From Camelus dromedarius (lineage: Eukaryota): a DNA stretch of 64,000 nucleotides. This document shows positions 38,501 to 50,500 of this stretch, one piece after another (positions within the stretch are counted from its first letter, which is position 1; the number at the start of each line of letters is the position of its first letter). A model generated the notes under the pieces. That model saw only the letters and a list, made by a program, of their open reading frames with translations, ran no database searches and was not told the origin of the DNA. Made by a program: the position numbers and the translations under genes. Location: positions 84,384,001 through 84,448,000 of the forward strand of contig NC_087436.1 in NCBI RefSeq assembly GCF_036321535.1. Reading direction: 5' to 3'.

Positions 38501-41500
38501 TGTCAAAAAACAAAGAGAAAATCAATTTAAATTTGTTGTTCATAGAAGCCTAACCTACTTTTGTGATTGAAGATTATGCTGAAAAAAGTAGTAAGACTGG
38601 ATCCCAAGATCAAAACTGTAACCTCAAAGCCAAGAACATTTGCCATCTCGAACCAGATTTTAAATGGCATTGTAGGATTCACTACCAACCAAAATATTGG
38701 AAATACTCTGCCATTAAAGTGATGAGACCATATGCTCTATTTGGGAGTATGAAAGTACTTTGTGACCCATTTTGGTAACATCTTTCATTGTTACATTTTA
38801 ATGCTTGACAGAGAGCTCTTAGAACTCCTTTTTCATTTGATCCCCATTGTAACTAATTACTGCAATACATACAAAGGAATAAAAGACCCTGAGATTAAAT
38901 GGTCTGAGCAGTTTTCACATTGAGATGTTAACAGCAGACAGATGATAAACATTTTAAGGAACTTAAAATGGCTAACCTGGCAAATATAACAGTGCTTTAT
39001 TCTAGTGGAGCAGTATATGAATAGAATGTCAGCTGTCTGTAATTTGGGGAAAGCACCTCCTCTTATGCATATGTTGGATTGCTGTGTTGAAGTATAGCAG
39101 TGCTGTGACAGTCTTCTTTTATCTCAGCTGTACTTTCCTATACACTGGGACTTCTAAAAAAAAATCCTGTTACTAAATATAGGTGTCTACGCAGTTGCCT
39201 GTAATGATTGTTGTAAAATTAGACAATGGTTTGTACTAATAGACGTGTGAAGCAAAAGGTGGTTAGAGGGCAGTAAGCATATGCAGCAATGAGTGTGGAG
39301 ATTTACGTCAAGATAGGACCAGATCTTCTTATTGAGGACGTGTTTGGACCATGAGACTAGGCTGAAGTTTAGCCCCCTAGCAATGTCAAGATCTCAAATG
39401 ACAGGTTGTATTCTGGAGCCACCTAACAAGCTACTTTTTTTTTTTATTGAAAGTTTTATTGAGATAAGTGTAGATTTCACATGCAGTTGTAAGAAATAAT
39501 AGATATCCTTTCTACACTTTGCCTAGTTTTTTCCGATGGTAACATTTTATAAAACCATGTATACTATTAAATCAAGGATACTGGAATTGGTACAATCCAC
39601 CACTCTGATTCAGATTTCCCCAGGCTTCCTTGTACTCTTTTGTGAACGTGTGTGTGTGTGCTTGCATGTGTGTATTAAGTTCTGTAATAATTTTGTCACT
39701 TGTGTAGTTATGTGTCTTTTTTTTTTTTTAATGGAGGTACTGGGGATTGAACACAGGATCTCATGCATGCTAAGCATGTGCTCTACCACTGAGCTATATC
39801 CACCCCGTGCTATGTGTCTTTACCATCAAGGTCAAGATACTCAACAGTTCCAACATCATAAGGATCCCTCTGGTTGCCCTTTTATAACTACACCCACCAC
39901 CTCCTTCTGTGCCCAAACCCCTCCCAAACCCTTGTCCTGCTGGCTACTTTTTAGAGAGGACAAGTCCAAGGTAAACTTTAAACTCAAATCTCATTTCAGC
40001 AAAATATGAGTTTGTAACATTTTACTTAAGTGACTAAAACTGTCACTTCTTAGGCTCAGGCACATGCCCTACTTCTGGGAAATAGGAACATTTAGGGAGA
40101 TATTAGGTATTATGTAGAAATTTTGAGTAATTAGTCCTGGAAAATAAGATGTCGTAGGAGGGGGCAGAAATCCCTAAATTTAGTAGCTTTTAAGGAAAGA
40201 GGAGCTTTTAGTCTCTTATGTTTCCACCCCAACTTTGTGCACAGCAATTCAATCTGACACTAACCCAGAGTTAACATCAGATTCCGAAGCTTTCGAAGCT
40301 TTAAGGGCTGACTGGCTTCAAATTCAGGAGGGGCCATGACTTTCTCAGGTTTGATAATTTGCCAGAACAACTCATAGAATTTAAGAAAGTGCTGTATTTA
40401 GGATTACAGTTTCATTGTAAAAGACAGAACTCAGAAACTGCCAAATGAAGAGATGCCTAGGGCAAGGTCTAGGAGGGTCTCAGGTGCAGGGTGTGTCACC
40501 CTCCCAGCACATCAATGTGTTCAACCAGGAAACTCCTCTGAGCCAGAGTTTTTATCGACATGATCGATTATGGCATGATTAGTTAAATCATTGGCCACAT
40601 GATTGAACTCAGTCTCCAAACTCACTCCCCTGCTGGAGATCAGGCTGACCCCAAATTCCAGCTCTAATCACAAGAGTGGTTTTTCTGGTGACCATCCTGA
40701 AGCTATCTAGAAACCCACCTTGAATCACCTCATTAGACTAAATTAACAAGTTGCCTATATTTAAATTTATCTGCATACCTATGTCTGAGCTTTTCTTAAT
40801 TTATAATATTTTTAAAAGTTCTAACATTGTGTTTCATTTGACTACATTAGTTTGTCTAATAACTTTACTGTGAAGATTATCCAAATTGTTTGCAAAATAT
40901 ACAGAAGTGTTTATTAAATACTCCACTTTAAAGAAAACTTTCTATCTTCCGTCTATGAATTGGAGAACACAAAATGCCTGGCATACCTTCTTAGATACTA
41001 ACAATAGATACTTTAATGCCCTCTGCTGGCCATCACATTGCTAATTTTTGTTAAATTGCCAGGATAGTGTATCTTTTAATTTTGGAAACACAATTTACTA
41101 TAGCCAAAAGGAAAATAGTTTTAACATTATCCTTAAAAGAACAATGTAGTCTTTCACTTGTAATTTTTAGGCTGATGATAAGCGTGGCCTCCAGTAAGAT
41201 ATATGTGCCTGTCTCCACCCCTCTGAGCCTCTGACTGTCCTGTACTAGAAAGCAGTGACTTGCAATAACCGAGGTACTGAGAAATTCCACCTCATTTAAA
41301 TAACAGCTGGTGTTGGAGATGAATTAAGGCAGTTTAGTTTCTCCTACTCAGAAAAGACACGTAGCTGATAAGATTGTGCATCACAGATTTCTCTCTAGGC
41401 GACAGTCCGTTATCCTCTGGTAACTTTCTGATTCCTTTTATCCTCTTTTGCCTTTGCCTCAGAAAGGGAGAAAAATTAATTATTTTACATCCAAAGAAGT

Positions 41501-44500
41501 AGTTATTCAGTTTTCATGGGCCATTTCTTTTTACTGAAATGTGTAAGTAATAGGCATAGCCTAAGAGTTCTATGATTCTTCCCAGTGATTATCTTCTTTA
41601 TTGCAATGGTCATTCATCCTTTAAGCAATTTTTCAGAATTAGCTAATTTTCTCCTCTAAATGGACTCAAATATGTAGTATTCTCTTCAGACCTCTGCTGG
41701 TCTTATTCTCTAAACATGACAACCCGCCTATGCTTGGCGATCTTCTCCCAAACTGCAAATGCCTGAACCCACTCTACAACATATACTAAACCAAAATCTC
41801 CAGGAGTTCTAAGTTGGGAACCAGAATACAAGGGTCCACGGCTCAAATGGATTTTTATTTGAAAGAAGAAAATGCTTGTGGCGTATGTTTAAGATAGGAA
41901 AGATACTGCTTTTGGGAGATCAGTTTTAGGACCAAGTGTCAAGGTTAACAATATGGAGCAATAGCATGTCTGACAGTATTTTTCCTAAAGATAAATATCC
42001 ATGTCTTTAAAAAAAAAAAAATCCATGTCTTTAACCTCAACAGAACAATCTTCTAAATAGTGGAGTGGTGATTTGAGCATCAAGAGGTATATATTGCAAG
42101 TGTGCCTAAAATTACTTGCTATTTAAATTTTTTTCATGTACTTAGCTGCAGGGATCCATGTGGGTTAATACCTTTCTTGGTTTATTTTCATTTTAAAGTT
42201 TAAAATAACATAATTTCTAGAAGAACTGTAAATATATCCTGTTTCATATTTTCTAAATATATTCCATACTAATGTGTAAACATACCAAGCAGTTTTTTTT
42301 AAAACCTACCCGTTTACATCTGGCTTAATATTTTCCTTTTACATATAGAAAAGTATAAAGAGGTGTAGTACTTTAGTGAGTTTTCCAGAGGACTAATAAG
42401 CTAAAATCTTCTGAATGCTAAAGTTTTTTAACTTTTTCCATGGAAATCTTTCTATCTGATTAAACATTATATGTAGTAATCTGATTTTAACTCTTAATGA
42501 CACAGGTCATTGTGATGATACCTTAAGAAATCTAAGAGCACAGAGCTTTGTTTACATTTGTTGTCATGCCCTTAGTCATCTGCAGGTTAGTTAGCCTATC
42601 AAGTTAGTCTCCGTAATTTCTCTTTATTTTCACCTATCAGTGTTGTAGCTTTCCCTTCTCCCATTAAGCTTTTAATCTGAAGTTTGCCAAGAGTGTGAGG
42701 AATTTGATTGCCTGATTATTTTAATCAGCATTGGTCTTTATACTTTACAAGGCTGTATGCAGCTTTGAACTCAAAGACTGTGTGCTAGGTCTCTGACTGC
42801 AAGGCTTCTGCTTCGGGGCTCAGTGATCCCCTCTTCCCCCAATTTTGGTTTGTGTAAAAGACAAACCATCAGATTGGAAACAGTCCATCACTTTAGTACC
42901 CTGTGCCACAGGGCTGTCGTTCTCAGACTTGAGCATGTATCAGAATCACCTGAAGAACTTGACAGATTGCTGGGCCCCAACCCAAGTTTCTGATTCTCGA
43001 TGGGGCCCAAGAATTTACATTTTGAGTAAGTTCCCAGATAATCCTGATCAGATATAGGCAACTTTACTGTTGTTAATAATTTCCACCTTCCATTTCTGTA
43101 TTTTGGAAATGTATCATCCAACGATCCTTCACATAATGTTGTAACATTCTATTCTTGTATATATTCTTACAACTTAATACCATCCTAGATATTGTAGCTA
43201 TAGTATAATATACATAATATGTAATATTTTAAAGGCTACCTTTATGACCTCTTCTAAACTCAATTGTTTCCTAAAAGCCCCATCTCCAAATGCTATTACA
43301 GTAGAGGTTAGGGGTTTAACATGAATTTCAGGTTGACACAGTTCAGTCTGTAGCAACATCTTATAATCGTATTTTGTCACACACAAAAACAACAAAGAGT
43401 ATTTTTTTTACCTGTGCCAGGGCTTTGTTTCCTATCTGTCTCTCTTAGGTCTACTGGCGTATTACTGACCAAGTCATCTTCAGCTGCATCTCCAGCAATG
43501 ACTGTGTGAACATGGTAGGAGGCATGGTGGTTTGTTTCTTACTCACTTTCAGAACTGAGTTTTAAACTCTAATGTATTATTTTCCCTTTTAGAGTGAATC
43601 TAACACTAAAGACTGGTTGTTTGCTTTTCTGTAGTTTAGGTTCCCCACCCTTAAACATCTTTTAGTCTTGGGTCACTATAAATATCTGGTGGTGTAAGTC
43701 CCTAACTAGGTCTTCTGACATAACCGGTGGGGTCATCGTCAGCTGAACCTCCAGCAATGACTGTGTGAACATAATCATGCCACTGCTGTTGGGCTGCTTT
43801 ATTGCTAGTCGTTTTAGATTTTAATTTTAGTGGGGGAGATGTCTGGTTCCCCAGTAGGCCAGTTTCTTTCTTGTCAACCAGTAACACATGTTAGGACTTC
43901 TCTCCACTATTCCCAATCCTAACTCTATCATTTCCCTGTTTTTCCTAGATGCATACTCTTACTAGGACTGCATCATTTAAGGTGGACGTGAAGATCTAGA
44001 AACATCATGGGTAGTGCAGGCCTTTAAGAATATCTTGTCCAGTCCCCCATTTTACAGAGTCAGGTCTAGAGGAGACGGTTTAAAGTTCCACAGAGTCTGA
44101 GTTAGAACTTGGATTTCCTGACTCCTGGTTTAGAACTCAGTTTATTTCATGCTGTAACGTCTTTGTGTTAATTGTATCTCAATCCTTTGGGTTAAACTCG
44201 TTTTAAAGAACTTTCTGAAGGGTCCCAGAACTTAAACTTCAAAGGCTTTGTATTTTTGTAAGTTTTTCAGTGCCCTTTTTCTGCTTACTCACAATTTATC
44301 ACATTTGATATGAAAACTTGCTTTAAGTTCTGCCATCTAGAGTTGCATTTTTTCTTTATTAAAATTGGTCTCTTTAAACTTCTGGAAATCCAATTTTATT
44401 TCCTTCTTTTGTGTAATTTTTGTACTATTCTCCACCATCTGGGGGAGATCAAATATATATGAAATCTGTTTTATAATAAACTGAATAATTAGCTTGTTGA

Positions 44501-47500
44501 ACAGATTTTAATGAAATCCATGTAACTTAGACTATATTCATGTTACTGGCTTTTTTTGTACGGTTACATAGTGTTAAGATTACTTTTCTTTTTGCCTTCC
44601 TACCTGGCTGGTCCTCTTCTGCTTTCATGTGGGCATATCCTGTGGCTTGCTCTTCATCTTGGGATTTCTGTCCTTGTGATTTTTCTGTTTTATTGTGTCC
44701 CAGAATAGAATCCAGCTCGGTAAAAAACTTCATACTCCTGGTCATGCCTAGGTCTTGAGCCATTTTTACAGTCTTGTACTCATGTTTTAAGTTTTTGTAC
44801 TTTGTCCTGCACTGCTTCCAATCTCTGTCGATTCCAAGTTTCTGAAGCTTGGCAGCAATTTGTTCAAATATCCTTTTATTTCTCACTGTTCTCTCTAGTT
44901 GTTGTTGTATGCCTCTGTCAGACCAGATGCCTATTAGAGCCCTGACTTCTGGCACAGTCCAGTGCTTTCCTCCTTCATTTGCTACAGTTGGAATAAAACT
45001 TGGATTATTTGGGGGTTCCATTATTGGTGTAGAGTTACCTGGATCAGATGAGGAGGGAGAGAGAGAGAGAGAGAGATATATATATGGGGTACTTACATCA
45101 CACAAGATAAATAATGGGATGCAAGATTAGTAAAGAAAGTAATTTTCTCCATAGGAGATGGACTACAAATCATGGTTTAGTTTTTCTCAAACTATTTGGG
45201 AAATGGAAGTACAGAGCCTGAATCTATTCCTTATTATAACAGTGACTGGCTTTAATAAAGTTGTGTTTTTAATTAGTTACATTTTGATCATCTTTCTTCT
45301 CCATCATTTCTTTCTCTTCCATCCCACTCCTTCAGTATGTGGAGTGTCTGTCAGTATATGATCAAAGTTGAATATGTAATTTTGTAGTATTTACTTGTAG
45401 AAAGCAATAAAATTATGTAAGAAAATGGCTCATTGAAGACAATTTTTTTTGTGGTGTGTGTGTGAGCAATTCATTTTCTTTGCATTCTTTTTCTTTATCT
45501 AATGGTTTCCATTTGCTACATATCAGAACCTCCTGGGGAGCTTTTATAAACTGCTGCCCTCACCCTTCATCCCCAGATTGTGATTCTAGCATGCAGTTCA
45601 CGGTTGAGAGCCAAGACTACTTGTGGGTAAAGGGCTTGGAAGAGGCACATTGATAATTGGTGCTTCTTACTCTGTGTGAAAATATTTTACTTTGTGAAAA
45701 TAAAAGTTGTCTCACTGGTTAAAGACCTAATGCCATTTTAAGTGAAATATTATGTTCCTTTAATGCAAGGAAATGTGCCAGAAATTTCATGTCTTAGGTA
45801 GGATATCTCCACTTAGTTATAAATCCTTTAATATAACATAGTGCCTTTGTGTTTGATCTCTGGCACAGTTTTGCAACTCGTTTTATGGTAACATTATTTG
45901 ACATTATATTGGTTATTTAACAACCATATTATCTTGCTTTTCTCAGATTTCATGTTTAATAAAACAGTAGTTCAGACTTTATCTATAATGTAAGTCATTA
46001 AAAAACACTATAGCCTTTCCCTGAGGTAGGAAGTTGTTTTTATTTTGTGGTGTATTTAATATCTTTGTTTTGAGATGCTTTTCAATGTTTTTTCTTACTT
46101 GGATTAGCCTTCAGTAAGAATTTAGAAGCAAGAAGGGTATTTACTTTGACTTTTCAGGCGAATAAAATCATCCTTGACCTCATTATGGATTTGATATTAT
46201 TTGCTTTCAAATGTAAAATTCTGTTTGTCTTAGACCCCAGGAATGCTAAAGTCATGCTCATTAAATATTAAGCACCCACTATGTGTAATTTTGGGCGTCA
46301 GATTCCTTAACTATATTTAAGGAATAGACATTAGAAATTTGAAGGCTAATATTTCCAGGCAATTTACATTTTGTTAAAGAAATCATTTGTTTTAGAAATG
46401 ATTTTTTTGTATTTTTTATATAATTTTAAAGGTTACTTTCCATTTACAGTTATTACAAAATATTGGCTATATTCCCCATATTGTACAATACACCCCCCCC
46501 TTTTATTTTTGCAGGGAGGGGTAGGGGAGAGGTGATCGGAGTGAGTTAGTTAGTTAGTTAAGGTACTGGGGATTGAACCCAGGACCTCATGCATGCTAGG
46601 CATGCACTCTACACTGAGCTGTACCCTCCCCTTCTAGAAATGATTTTGTTTAGTATAGGTTGGTAAAAAAGAGGGAAACATAAATTAATCCTAAGTGTTT
46701 CTATCAGGAAAAAATCATCCATTTTCTCAGATTTGAAACCAGCCTTACTTTCCAGTTTGAAATTGGATCAATTTCATTATATTTTTGGCCCACCATACTA
46801 TACCTACCCAGTTCCATTGGTCTGATATGAGAAACCAAAAGTAAAGGATTTTCTGATATGTCTTCTTTGTCTGCTAATGTAATTGACATTTTGCCTGGAA
46901 AGAGAGAAGTCATTTTAAAAATAAGTACCAAGGAAAATTAAAATTGGATTAGTAACTGATCATGCTAATACTTTGAGCTGAATTTGATCATACTCATGAA
47001 GGATTATGGATTTATGGTAAACATTTGGTAATAAAGTGATATAATACAGTTTAAATATTTATATATATGAAGAGAAATCAAATTTCTTCCCATTGACATT
47101 TTGAATTTCCACTAGAATTGTCTGTCAATTTTATAAGTTTCTAGAGATGATTGTAGTTAGTTTGAGGTATTTTCTTTATATCTGTATTTTAGGTGCTTTA
47201 ACATAGCAAGCAGTATAAGTGATACTAGTAATGTGAAAAGAGAAATCCTGCAATGAGATAATCAGAAAATCTTGCTTTATTGGCATATATGGTCAAGTAG
47301 CTAAGAGTTTATATGTATCTTATGTAATTAGTTGATTGATACATACTAAACTTTACAAAAATTAATCTAACTTTTGCTTAAATGGACCAAGGAACGTCAT
47401 TTAAAAGAACCACACCAGCCTTGAAAAATGAAGGCGTCCCTCCTTGATCTCCTATATCATTTCCACATATGTTTTTCTAATTTTGTTTTACTGAGTGGCA

Positions 47501-50500
47501 GAAATAGCATTATATTCTACATTAGGAGATCAAATGTTAGGTATGATTTCAAAGACATAAACATTCATTTAAAATCAAAGTAAAAATTGTCAAATTTTAA
47601 GTCAGGTTTCATAATTATTTGAGGCTAAATTGCAGTTCGGGAATGTTTTGGGTTTAGTTAGAAACATGGAAAATAAAAATCTGAAGTTAATTAAGAATTC
47701 TCTTTAGAGAGAAGAACGAAGGACACTGATATACCCAGGTAATTTAACACCCAAGCCTGATGATGAGAATAGTAAGGAAAGGTAGGGTTTGCTAGTCTGT
47801 TACCTGCTTTAGGGCCTACTTTTGTTTGTTGAGAAGGTTCTGGAGCTGAAAATACAGGTGTGGGCAAAAAAGAAAAGTTCTCTCTCCAGGGATTTTTGTT
47901 TTTTTCTGAAGTTGATCATTCCTAGCATGAATCTCAAAATTGTATGCAGGGCCTCATGCCCTGGAGATTTTAAACTGAAACTCTGAAATCATTACTCCTA
48001 ATGTGCATTTGTATAAAGTAACAGGAGGGAAATAGAGTGGAAGCTTGATCACTGAGGGAAGCGGCAGTAGGCCAACGGTATTCTGAGGTTGAGGGTGATT
48101 ATAATTTCCAGAACATGAAGCCTCTTAGAGTTTGTATTTGAGTCCTTTGCCAAGACTCGGTCAGGCTACCTGCTGCCTAACAGGGGACTGGATTCTTTGT
48201 CCTTAGACACTTACATGAATTAGGTTGAGCCCAACAGTGGAAAAGGCACATTCATTTTCTTCCCTTCTTCATTTTACCATACACTAATAAACATTCTGCT
48301 GGTTCCACCACAGAAAAACCAGAAGACATTATAAATGAATCAGACCTGGAGAAAGGAGGGCTTCCTAAGCCTTAGAAAATAAACTATTTGATTATGTTAA
48401 AACTGTTGACTTTTGTAGATCAAAGAAAAATCAGCCAAAATTGTAAGGCCAAAGAGGTCATGCAAGTTTTCTAAGACCTCCGCTGACATGAACAGTCAAT
48501 TCATAAAACTGATTAAATACGTAGAAAAATGTTCCACAGCACTAATAATTAAACAGATGCAAAGTAAAAAGTTATTGATTGCATATACCACTATACATAG
48601 CTTGTACTTATTAAATTAGCATACTCCACTATTTATTAAATTAGCGAAGTGTCTCCTCCCTTCAACTTCACCCCATAATATTGTATTACAGGGTTCTGTA
48701 AAAGGGACACTGTTAATATAGTTTTTTTAAAGCAATTATTTTAGCAATATGTTTCAAAGTAATCATACCCCTCTTGACCAGAAATTTAACTTCTGATAGT
48801 CTATCCTAAAGTAATAATGTTAAATATGCTCAGAAGATATTGTAGTGTCATTTCTATGAGGGGGCAAAGACCTAAACTCTTGTACATGCACTCAAATACA
48901 ATGGAACCATTAAGTAACTATTAATCCTAGATTATGATTAATTCTGGGTATAATTTAAAGATTATTTTTAATATGACAAAATGCTAATGTTTTTGTAATT
49001 TTATAATTTAAAAAATTTTATAAACAACAACCAGTAGCATTGTAAAGGATATGTGGGAAGAGGTAAGAAGTTATCTTAATATTCCATGTAATAGATGATG
49101 AAGTTTTGGATGGTGGTAATGAGAATGGAGCAGAGAGATAAATTTATTAAATATGTCAGTAGATTTTTTTTTTTTTTTAAGGATTTCATGGTTGACCAAA
49201 AGTCAAGGATATCTTAAACATTTCTATTTTTTAACTGAGGGGAAATACAGTGATTGTAAGGTGGAAGCATTTTGTAGGAGGATCAATTTTGATGGGGTAA
49301 GAGAGTTTGGTTTTAGACCTGGGGTTTGAGATGCCTTAAATATACACGGTTAGTTTATAATTATGGGCCCTCTGTTCACGAGTAAATTGGGGAGTTTGGA
49401 GCCATGGGAGTAGCTGAAAGGGCTAGAAGATCCTGTTTGGAAGTGGAGATACTAGCACCGCATCTTCATTACACCAAGCTTCATTGTACCATAAAATGAG
49501 GGCTTCTCCCAAGCTGAGTGATTTACTTAGTGTTACTCAATATTTAAAGCATTTTAGATGAGGAGTGCAGGGTGATTAATTGAATAAAATAATGTAGTTA
49601 CTGTTTAATTTGATAATGACTGCAAAGCTTTCTCAGAATTTGGTGTAGTATCAGAAGTGTAAAGGGAGTATGTAAGTGGGGTATATTTTTTACCAAAGAA
49701 TTTATTATTGAGTTTTAAACAGGAAGTTCAGATAACCCAGGTTCTCTGTAATCCCTGTCACTTTTAACCCCCTTCTCATTTGGTACCTTGATTTTACCAC
49801 TTTGTCTTGGGTTACATTTATCTACAGTTCCCTCCTTGCTGAGTTACATTGATGAGCGCATGTAACTTAGGGCTTTGCACATGGTGTACACAGACAGTAG
49901 GTATTACAGATTTTGAACTGAACAACTCTGCTCTTAAAAATAGCAACTGTGATTACCATACAGAAATTATACCATAAGTTGTTTTTTTAAAAAAAGAAAG
50001 AAAACAAACCATAATTGAATGTAAAATACTGAACACATAAGACCCTAATTTAGTTTTATTTTTGAATATGTGATACAAGCATTAAAGATGGTTTAACGCA
50101 AAAAAAAAAAGCAACTGTGAGATTTTGGCTATGGGAGGAATGTCATTACTGCCATTGATTTCCCCACCTTGCCTAGTGATGCATTCGGCTTCCATAGGCA
50201 CTGAGCAAATTCTACATAAATAGTAGAATAGTAGAATCTTCACAACACAGCAGGTCAGGAACCTTGTTTTAATAAGGCATACCTCCTTTCATTGCCCTTT
50301 GCAGGTATTGCGGGGGAGTTTTTGTTTTTGTTTTTCACAAATTAAAGGTTTGTGGCATCCCTGTGTCAAGCAAGCCTATCAGCGCCATTTTTCTAACAGC
50401 ATTTGCTCACTTTGGGTCTCTGTGTCACATTTTGGTAATTCGTGATATTTCAAACCATTTAATTGTATTATGCTGATCTGTGGTCAGTGATCTTTGATGT

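Noticed and set aside
39536..40009. 157-aa ORF
   Set aside because: It is made of an antisense L1 remnant, a (TG)n run and a SINE, with no protein-like features.
41380..41480. Possible extra - strand exon after a pyrimidine tract near 41460
   Set aside because: The acceptor would be an atypical GAG, and the phase-1 frame hits TAA within six codons.
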